Below, one piece after another: positions 53,895 to 64,000 of a stretch of 64,000 nt of DNA (positions are counted from its first letter, which is position 1; each line of letters opens with the position of its first letter). Location of the stretch: positions 8,432,001 through 8,496,000 of the forward strand of contig OZ024753.1 in assembly GCA_964016885.1 (NCBI GenBank). Direction: 5' to 3'. This stretch comes from Eledone cirrhosa. Taxonomy: Eukaryota. The translations under genes were made by a program, and so were the position numbers. The notes beneath the pieces are model-generated. The model saw nothing but the letters and a program-made list of their open reading frames with translations, ran no database searches and was not told where the DNA came from.

Positions 53895-54284
53895 TGTTTA
53901 TCTACTATATCAAGCATTAAACTAATATATTTCTTCATTGTACTGTGTTGTTTGCTTTGTCATTTCTGTTTACTTTTTGCATACTCACACACACACACTC
54001 ACACACACACATATATTCCTACTTCCTGCATAGCACTTTGTGTATGTCAATACATGTACAGCTATATATGAAGTAAACAAACATCCCAAAATTTAATGAA
54101 AAACAACTTTTCTCGTTAACTTAAGTACATTTAAATTTAAGTGCATATCTATTTACATTAATACTTTGTGAACTTCCTGTTTGCTGATTTAAATATTTTT
54201 ATTCTTCTAGGCAAAGAATTAATGTATTTTTGAAATTGCTGAGGAATGTGTATGTCAATGTGTCTAAGAATCCTGTAAATACTC

Positions 54285-54870
54285 AACAATGTAGTTTTTA
54301 TTTTTAATTTTAGTCAGTCTTTGGTATTTTTCCACAATGTAGTTTTATCATTTTACTCTCTCTGTAGTATTTTTCCACAATGTAGTTTTATCATTTTACT
54401 CTCGCTTTAGTATTTTTCCACAATGTAGTTTTATCATTTTAATCTCTCTCTAGTATTTATTTTCAATTTTAGTCTTTCTGTGGTACTTTTCCACAATCTG
54501 ATATTCTCAATTTTAGTCTCTCTGTGGTACTTTTCCACACTCTGATATTCTCAATTTTAGTCTTTCTGTGGTACTTTTCCACAATCTGATATTCTTAATT
54601 TTAGTATCTCTGTGGTACTTTTCCACAATCTGATATTCTCAATTTTAGTCTCTCCCTGGTACTTTTCCACAATCTGATATTCTCAATTTTAGTCTCTCCC
54701 TGGTACTTTTCCACAATCTGATATTGTCAATTTTAGTATCTCTGTGGTATTTTTAACACAAGCTGTTTCTATTCTCATTTTTAGTCTCTCTGTGATATTT
54801 TTTTCACAATGTAGTTTTTATCATCAATTCTAGACTCTCTATGGTATTTTTTATTCTCGTTTTTAGTCGC
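54285..54870. repeat. 44-bp minisatellite
   Basis: TGGTACTTTTCCACAATCTGATATTCTCAATTTTAGTCTCTCTG, about 13 diverged copies. Confidence 0.85.
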
Positions 54871-55349
54871 TCAGTGCAAAGTTTAGTCTAATACTTCCCA
54901 AAGGAGTTGAAAGGCTGTTAGCTGACAAACATTTGATATTATCTCTCTTTCCTATATCATTTTCTGGTATTTTTTCCAGTGTCTTTCTGAATAGACTATT
55001 GTTGTCTTACATTTTAATAAAGAATGTGGAAAGAAATCCTTTATCAAATATTGAAATGTATTCATTAGAATTTATATTGCAAATACAAAATATCTGCTTG
55101 ATGAAATTTTATTTAATCTGGTTTCATCTTCGAAAATAACATATTGTTAAATCTCTTAGTGTTTAGCATCTATATCAGCCTGGTCATTCTTCTTGTCTCT
55201 TACCAACCTGCATGAAACTGTTTCCGGTTGTCATATAGAAACCCTCTTATTTTGAAAGAATTCATATTCAAAATAAAGCTGTCTGTCATAATTTTATAAT
55301 GGAACCAATTTTGTGAATTTATATTAAAAAAAACATATTGGTATAGATA

Positions 55350-55460
55350 TACAATGTTCAGCTGAAAAGGTTATAGGCTGACGAAAATACTCTCAAGTTC
55401 TACACACTTCTTCCATCAGTATTGCAGTGCTTCCATCCCATTGGTGAAGAAGCTTTCATT
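55350..55460. mobile_element. Mariner-like relic
   Basis: TIR-like CAGCTGAAAAGGTTATAGGCTGAC; the minus strand gives ESFFTNGMEALQY*WKKCVE, like the mariner C-terminal FF..GI..L..RW.KC motif. Confidence 0.5.
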
Positions 55461-56097
55461 GGCATAAATGTATATGTTATTTTATTGAATTATGATGACA
55501 TTCAGAATTAATTACTACAAAGAAGCTGTTTACTTCATGTGAAATATAGCCATGTAAATGTTGATTGTAACTGGCCAAACAGAAACCTACACTACCATTT
55601 CATCAACCACTTTACTCTACCAGTTCATTGTCCTAATAACAACCAGTTAGAAATATATCATCATTCAATATGTAATATTGAATGATAATGTTGATAACTT
55701 TGGGAATCTAGATATATAAATAATCAAAGCAATGACATCAAATTAAGAAGAGAATTTACATGATAATAAAAAGAAAGGGTGCTGTAGATTTGTCAGTTCT
55801 GAAATTCTGGAAAATATATATGACAAGCATAAGAAGTTCGAAAGTGTTTTATGATGACATATTTTGGAAGAAAAGTCAAAGAAATTTAATAATATTTCAT
55901 TGAGAAAATGTGAGTACTGTAAATTATTGCAGACGTTCTCCAAGAAAATACGTCAGCTACAAATTGGATTATTATCATAAACATCATTTCTTTGTTTTAT
56001 ACATACATAAATACATACATAATGCATATATAGATATAGATAAATATTGATATATACACATGCATATAAATAAAAAAATAAATATATATATATATAT

Positions 56098-56176
<79 letters not shown>

Positions 56177-56179
56177 TTA

Positions 56180-56705
<526 letters not shown>

Positions 56706-57114
56706 ATATATATATATATATATATAAATATATATATATATAAAGGGTAACAATATATCGTTAAAGGTAATCCAATAAGAGTTTGTGAAAACTACTTATG
56801 ATGGATAGTTTAAGCATACGGTGCTGTGTGACTCAACAAGAGGTTTACGTGGGTGACGAGTAAATGACTTCACTTGTTTTCCTATATATATATACAAACA
56901 TATGTTTTATATATATATATATATATATACATATATACACACTGCTTTATATATATATATATATACACATATATGTGTGTACCATCATCATCATCATCTT
57001 CATCATCACTGTCATTTAACATTTGTTTCTTCCTGCTGGCAAATGGTTGGACAGGTTATTGCAAACTAAAAGTCTGTCTCAAAGTTGGATGTTCACCAGG
57101 CTGGTTCTTATCTT

Positions 57115-57347
57115 GGTTCCTTTAGTATTAAGTGACTGTAACTGAAAATACAAGACTCCCTGGAAGGACACCAGTCCATCACAGGGTTAAAGCTCCATCT
57201 ATTGCTGTTACTCATTTTCAGCTGAGCATACTGGAGCAATGTGAAATGAAATGTTTTGCTCAAGAACACAATACATAGCTCAGCCAAGGAACCCACAACA
57301 TTATTCCCATAAGTCCCAAACCCTTACTACAAGGCCACATGCCTCCA
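57115..57347 (-). mobile_element. CORE-type SINE with a V-domain-like 3' body
   Basis: tRNA-like head and CORE followed by AACCCTGTGATGGACTGGTGTCC...AGGG; a related body lies at 60390-60545 (plus). Confidence 0.55.
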
Positions 57348-57580
57348 CTATTGCAAACTAAGTCAGTAGTTAATTGGCGCCACTGATCTCTGAAATACGT
57401 CAGGGGTCACGTCTTGTATCCATATTGTCCTTCACTTTACAGGATGGGCCATGTTGTTTATTGTGGTACCAACACTAGAGAGATGTCACATAAATCAGGC
57501 ATGATAAGCAGGCATTTCAAACATGGGGCTCTTTACAAACACACCTTCGGCAAGCAGGGAAATATATGTATATATATATG

Positions 57581-57611
<31 letters not shown>

Positions 57612-57954
57612 GTATATATATATGTATATATATATATATGTATATATATATTTAATCTTCATAATTATTATTACTATATATATATATATATATAGTAATA
57701 ATAATAATTATGAAGACTAAAAATATTGGGTCGTCAAGTATGAAATTTGTAGTAATTTGTTTTTTTTTCTAGAAATTTCTACATATTTCATACTTGACGA
57801 CCTAATATATACATATATATATATAAACATACACACACATATATATATATATATAAACATACACACACATATATATATATAAACATACACACACATATAT
57901 ACATATATATATATAAACATACACACACATATATACATATATATATATAAACAT

Positions 57955-58014
<60 letters not shown>

Positions 58015-58904
58015 ATATGCATGAACAATAGATATTATTTACTGCTATATTTTATTGATGTAATATATACAGTTAGTCATGTGAAAATTTATATAAAATT
58101 GCTCTGGAAATTCTTTTTTTAATTAGAAAAAATTTACCTAGCAATAGTCAAAATTTTTACTTTTACACAAATTTGCAAAATAATATTTAGATGAGAAAAT
58201 TAAAATTATATTTTTCAAAGCTATCTTTCAATCGTTAGAAAATAAAAATATTATCTTGGAAATAATGAAATTTTCATTTTAGCCTTATTGTATTTAGATT
58301 TTCTCTAAATGATTTTCACACTTCAAATAAATATCATTAAAAATCATTGAGAAAATAAAGTCAATAATTATCATGAATTTAATTAAATCAGACAGCGGTA
58401 GCAGTAGTTAAAGTAGTATTAGCATTCCATTTATTAGAATTTCCTTTGTGTTACAGGATAATTATATAAAATGAAAGGCAGTGGTTTGGTTATAGAACAC
58501 TATAGAACTTTTAGCAGTACAACATATCAAGAACTCATTTGTTTGTTATTTATATTCTCAGTTCAAAACTCTACTTGCTTTCTGCTTTGATCTATATCTC
58601 CAACATGCTGATATGATTGATAATCAAAGAAAATCAATTCAATTAGTTGCTCCGCATCTCCTAAATATATTAGACTTATGTCTTGACAAACATAAAAACA
58701 CAAACACAAAAAAATGACATAAATAAAATAAAATAAAATAAAATAAAAGAAAGAAATAGGTTATAAGTGGTAAAGGCTTTTGCTTAGCAATGATATTGTT
58801 CTGAGTTCAGTTTAGCTGTGGAGTACCTGAGGCTAGTATCTTCTACTATAGTATTAGGTTGACCAATGTTTTGGGAGGTGGTATTTGGTTGGCAGACACT
58901 GCTA

Positions 58905-59275
58905 GAAGTTCCTCCACCTCCTCATCACCATCCTCCTCCTCATCGTCGTCATCATCATCATCATCGACAGCATCATCATCATCATCATCACCATCGCCAT
59001 CATCATCATCATCATTATCATCATCATTGCCATCATCATCGCCATCATCATCATCATCATTATCATCATCATTGCCATCATCATCGCCATCATCATCATC
59101 ATCGCCATCATCATCGCCATCATCATCATCACCACCACCATCATCATCGCCATCATCATCATCATCGCCATCATCATTATCACCATCATCACCATCCTCC
59201 TCCTCCTCATCATCATCATTGCCATCCACCTCCCCCTCCTCCTCCTCCTCCTCCTCCCCATCATCATCATCATCA
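58905..59275. repeat. (CAT)n/(CCT)n trinucleotide array
   Basis: Simple sequence; source of the poly-Asp/Ser/His ORFs. Confidence 0.9.
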
Positions 59276-59486
59276 ATGTGCATTTTCTCCTGCATGCATG
59301 TCTGTGTTTACGTACCACAATTTAGCAATTCAACATAAAAGTGATTGATTAAATAAGGATCAGACTTGAAAAACTAATGACTGGGTCAATATGGTTGATT
59401 ACATTAAGGCACTTCCCCAGCATGCCTGCTGTCTAATGGCTGAAACTAGTAAAACAATAAATACATGTATACATAAATAAAATAGT

Positions 59487-59654
59487 GAAGGCATGTAGCT
59501 TAGTGGTTACAGCATTGGACTTACAATTGTTAGGTTGGGAGTTTGATTTCCAGACCTTGTAATGTGTTGTCTTGGGCTCGATTCCTGGACTGGGTTGTGT
59601 GATGTGTTCTTGAGCAAAACACTTCATTTCACACTGCTCCAGTATACTCAGCTG
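59487..59654 (+). mobile_element. CORE-type SINE 5' half
   Basis: GCTTAGTGGTTACAGC head, a partly duplicated B-box region, and CORE ending CCAGTATACTCAGCTG. Confidence 0.7.
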
Positions 59655-60192
59655 GCCACTGCCATCGTGCCACCTATGAGGCTGTGTCCCCATTAGTGCT
59701 TTGGAAACCACAAGCAGTCACTAATAACAGGGGGCACAAGCTCTCCTACCCCGATTTGCTGGCCTCTGCCATCGTGCCACCTATGAGGCTGTGTCCCCAT
59801 TAGTGCTTTGGAAACCACACGCAGTCACTAATAACAGGGGGCACAAGCTCTCCTATCCCGATTTGCTGGCCACTGCCATCGTGCGACCTATGAGGCTGTG
59901 TCCCCATTAATGCTCTGTAAACCACAAGCAGTCACTAATAACAGGGGGCACAAGCTCTCCTATCCGGATTTGCTGGCCACTGCCATCGTGCCACCTATGA
60001 GGCTGTGTCCCCATTAATGCTCTGTAAACCACAAGCAGACACTAATAACAGGGGGCACAAGCTCTCCTATCCCGATGTCATCTCCAGAGATCCTGGTATT
60101 GAAATCCAGCATTTGGCAGCGGCAATGAATGACAGAGCCACGTGGAGATCAATTGTTGAGTCAAATTTGGCTGAGGCTGCTGAATGATAATA
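59651..60192 (+). mobile_element. RTE 3' fragment with four tandem 107-bp copies of a coding segment
   Basis: GCTGGCC.CTGCCATCG at 59651, 59758, 59865 and 59972 (AGHCHR....SPLVLWKP...LSYPD), then VISRD.G.....LAAAMNDRATWR...*. Confidence 0.8.
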
Positions 60193-60377
60193 ATTGTTTC
60201 TACTTTTGGCACAAGGCCAGCAATTATCCCAGTGCATTACTGGTACTTTATTTTATCGAGCCTGTAAGGATGAAAGGCAAAGTTAACCTCGGTGGGATTT
60301 AAACTCAGAATGGCAAGCGCCGTAACTCTATGCGTCAAAGCATGGTGTCCGGCCCTCTACCGATACTGCCAATCCAA
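60192..60377 (-). mobile_element. SINE family B
   Basis: Full reverse-complement copy. Confidence 0.85.
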
Positions 60378-61241
60378 TGATGATGATACTCAGCTGAAAA
60401 TGAGTACCAGCAATAGCTGAGGGTTTAACCCTGCAATGGACTGATGTCCTGTTTAGGGGAAGTCTTGTAATCTCAGTTGCTTTATGCCATAGAAACCAGG
60501 ACAAGCACTGGTCTGACAAACCTTCTGGTTTGAGACAGACTTTAGACTAGACTTCTGTGTTAGTTATCCTGGCAAAATCAGTTTTATTTTATCTGAAACA
60601 TGTTACATCTAAATGATATAACATGTTTCATTAGTATTTCATTTGTTTCTTTATTCCCTGAAATGTTGTAGCACTCAATACAGTAAAGTGAGAAGCTGGC
60701 TCATATTGGCAGCCATTTTATCAGCTTAAAACTCCTTAAGTTGGTTATCAGTCAGAGAGAAAATTAATAATTAAATTCATAAATATGATTGTGTGTGGGT
60801 GTTTGCATATGTGTGAGTGTATGTGTGGGTGTTTGTGTTTGTATGTGTGTTTGTGTGTGTGTTTCCATCATTGTGCAGCAGTAAGAGGGAGATATTTGAA
60901 GTATAAATGATATAAATATTTGATAAAAATCTATGACAAGGTTATATTTTGTTGGTAAAATCAGTCTCTCACTCTCTCCCCCCCTCTCTCTCTGTATATA
61001 TATATATATATATGTATGTAAAAGGTAAACTAATAACAACACAATCGGTACAGTATATGGAAGGTATATATTAGGTTAATGCTTGAAATAGCAGGAAGAG
61101 GGTCTTAACGTTTAGGACACTAGTCCTTCATCAGAAGAAAGAATGAGAAATAAGATAGATTGAGGGGACGGGCGGGATGGAATTGGAAAAAATGACTTTA
61201 GATAAAAATACCAGGTCCATTCATGTTGACATCTCTTGCAA

Positions 61242-61284
<43 letters not shown>

Positions 61285-61328
61285 AAAAATGGACGACAAT
61301 ATATATATGGAAAAATGGACGACAATGA

Positions 61329-61361
<33 letters not shown>

Positions 61362-61814
61362 CATTGTCGTCCATTTTTCCATGTCTGCGTGGGTTGGACA
61401 GGTCTGTTGCAACAGAGCTGCCCACTAGTCATTGTGTTCCATTGTCAACTCCACTATGAGGCTCAGCATTACACACACAAACACACATATATGTATGTGT
61501 CTATATACATACATACACACACATCTTAAATAAGAGGAGAGTTATCTTAACTATAAGAAATGATGTTGTATATAGTATGATTCTGTAAATCCTGATGGAG
61601 TTGTAGAGGCACTGTGTTGACATACAGCGTTTCTAGGGCATTTTACCCCTGCTGGAGCCTATCCCTGTCCAGGCCTGAGTACAGCAGATTTCTTCCAGAG
61701 AATCGAAGTGAGAAAGAGACATAGAGGAAGAATCAACTCCAGTTCTTAAATAGTGCTTTTTTATTGTCCTTGATTGGATGCAAGGCAAAATTGACCTCAT
61801 GACCTCAGTTGGAT

Positions 61815-62041
61815 TTAATCCTTTAGCATTTAAACCAGTCATATCCGGCCAGAATTCTCTCAACTCTTTCTATTTCAAACCAGCTGTAACTGGCCGCTCA
61901 TACTTATGTTAAGGTATTGTTCTCAAAATAAATATCAAAATCTCGTAGATTTGATATTATGTGAGATAATTATGTGAGGTAAAGCCTTTACCATGAAAAT
62001 ACAATAGTAAATATAGAGTAATATAAATGCTAAAGGGTTAA
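61815..62041 (+). mobile_element. piggyBac-type MITE inserted in the B-box of an old SINE
   Basis: GGAT-TTAA-[MITE]-TTAA-ACTCAGA. Removing the MITE restores GGATTTAAACTCAGA, the reverse-complement B-box, inside a family-B-like SINE spanning about 61630-62120. Confidence 0.75.
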
Positions 62042-62709
62042 ACTCAGAGAGCAGAGAGACAGAACAAATACCACAAAGCATTCTATCTGACTTTCTAATG
62101 ACTCTGTTAAATCGGCACCACATAATGTAAATAATTGTTATAATTATTCTTTAATCCGAGTTAAACTCCAAATTATGCCTGCTTCATTTAATGGAGAAAA
62201 ATCATCTTAAAACATTTCTTCTTTTGTTCTTTTTTCTTTCAATCTAAGGAGAGTGAATCAAAAATAATTATTTATTCCTTGCCAGTTTTTTTTTCCATAA
62301 TTACAAAAAATGCTACTGCGTGACTTCTTTTGTAAAATCCAAATATAATTATTATTTAATAATATGCTGCTGTATAATTAGAAGACGGAAAATTGACAGA
62401 GTTGTTAGAAGGTCGAATGGGAGCCCACCAAGGTCAACTTTTCCTTTCATCCATTCAAGGTCAATAAAAAAAATTATCAGTCTAGTACTGGGGCCGATTC
62501 TTTCTCTATATCTCTTTCTCACTTCCATTCTCTTTCTCTCTTTTTATCCTTCTCTGGAAGAAATCTGCTGTATTCAAGATTCCTAGAAAGGAAATGGGCT
62601 CTGCCAGATTTTAAAATGCTCTAGAAATGCCATACCATTAATGCCATCAACATCATCACCACCATCATCATCATCATTTAACATCCATCTTCCACGCTAG
62701 CATGGGTTG

Positions 62710-63260
62710 GACATGTATCTCCCAATGACACCCCTACAATCCCAGGTTCTATCAGGTTTAAACTGACTAAGACATGTCATATCTCCCAATGACATCTCTA
62801 CAACTCCAGTTTCTGCCAGGTTTAAACGTACAATGACATGTCATATCTCCCAATGACCTGCAAATTTTATAGTGACATGTCATATCTCCCAATGACACCC
62901 CTACAACTCCAGGTTCTGCCAGGTTTATAGTGACTAAGACATGTCATATCACCCAATGACCTGCAAATTTTATAGTGACTATGACATGTCATATCACCCA
63001 ATGACCTGCAAATTTTATAGTGACTATGACATGTCATATCACCCAATGACCTGCAAGTTTTATAGTGACTATGACATGTCATATCTCCCAATGACCTGCA
63101 AGTTTTATAGTGACAATGACATGTCATATCTCCCAATGACACCCCTACAACTCCAGGTTCTGCCAGGTTTATTATGACTAAGACATATCATATCTCCCAA
63201 TGACCTGCAAGTTTTATAGTGACTATGACATGTCATATTCCCAATGACACCCCTGCAATG
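62710..63260. repeat. Minisatellite with alternating ~45-bp and ~63-bp units
   Basis: ATGTCATATC(A/T)CCCAATGAC followed by either CTGCAAATTTTATAGTGACT or ACCCCTACAACTCCAGGTTCTGCCAGGTTT. Confidence 0.85.
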
Positions 63261-63824
63261 ACATCAGAAGTTCTGTGTTACATAGATACATTCTTATCTC
63301 ATGTGAGAGAAATCTCTGTCTTATACGGTTTATTAGATTGGTTAATTTTATATTTCATTTGATTCTTTTTATTTGCATGTTTTTTTTTTAAAGTAAATTT
63401 AACAATAATATTTTGGTAATTGTACAGGAATATATTTCTGTTATTTCCAACTTTTACTCATGTAAGTCACATGACATCAAAGTCTGCTACGATTAAAGCC
63501 AATATTGAAAGCAAACATTATTTACTAAGTTAACGACTTCTAAAACAACAATGTAAATTACACAGTAGGGGAGTAAATATTGTAAACGTGAGTAAAGCAA
63601 TTATTTTTACTATTTTCAATTTTCCAGTATTATTTTAATAAATGTTTTGTTTTGGGTTTTGAGTAAGAATAAATGATTGGTTGTTTTTGAGGTGCAAATG
63701 GTAGATAGTAACAGCAATGGCGTGACCAACGGGAACCTTGTTTCCTTGGTCTTATTTGATGAGCTCCACTCCACCCAATAAGCGAATGAAGTATGGAATC
63801 TTGTTGATCAATTCCTTTTAATAA

Positions 63825-64000
63825 ATAATTGTTTCTACTTTTGGCACAAGGCCAGCAATTATCCCAGTGCATTACTGGTACTTTATTTTATCGGCCCCTT
63901 AAGGATGAAAGGCAAAGTTAACCTCGGCAGGATTTGATCTCAGATCAGAAAGGGGCGTAACTCTGTGCTGCAAAGCAAGTTGCCCGACTCTCTACCGATA
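63825..64000 (-). mobile_element. SINE family B, running off the window end
   Basis: Reverse complement of the family consensus. Confidence 0.8.

Noticed and set aside
63690-63820. Coding-looking segment near the window end
   Set aside because: Its reverse complement resembles 41397-41465, so it is probably a dispersed repeat; the frames are short.

Overview
AT-rich, microsatellite-saturated eukaryotic DNA. The repeat families and microsatellite load suggest an octopod cephalopod genome (inference). I cannot support an intact host protein-coding gene; almost all ORFs in the track are translations of simple repeats. The window is a mosaic of mobile elements: two abundant tRNA-headed SINE families (a CORE-type SINE with an RTE-like 3' tail, and a ~190-bp SINE that forms head-to-tail arrays), 5'-truncated RTE, CR1 and CRE LINE fragments, a TTAA-flanked piggyBac-type MITE, a non-autonomous Helitron, minisatellites and a 200-N gap. 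It also holds a truncated Penelope-like element with a GIY-YIG endonuclease ORF. The most striking structure is a set of unrelated fold-back (palindromic) Penelope-type pLTR inserts in (TA)n tracts. Several carry minimal type-I hammerhead ribozymes (CUGANGA...GAAA, very short and mostly palindromic stem III), often on both strands, and end in a shared 3' tail hairpin. A second candidate is a conserved, covarying structured leader at the precise 5' end of three short RTE-type retroposons, which could be an atypical self-cleaving RNA. All structures were folded by eye, and element boundaries are approximate to a few bases.
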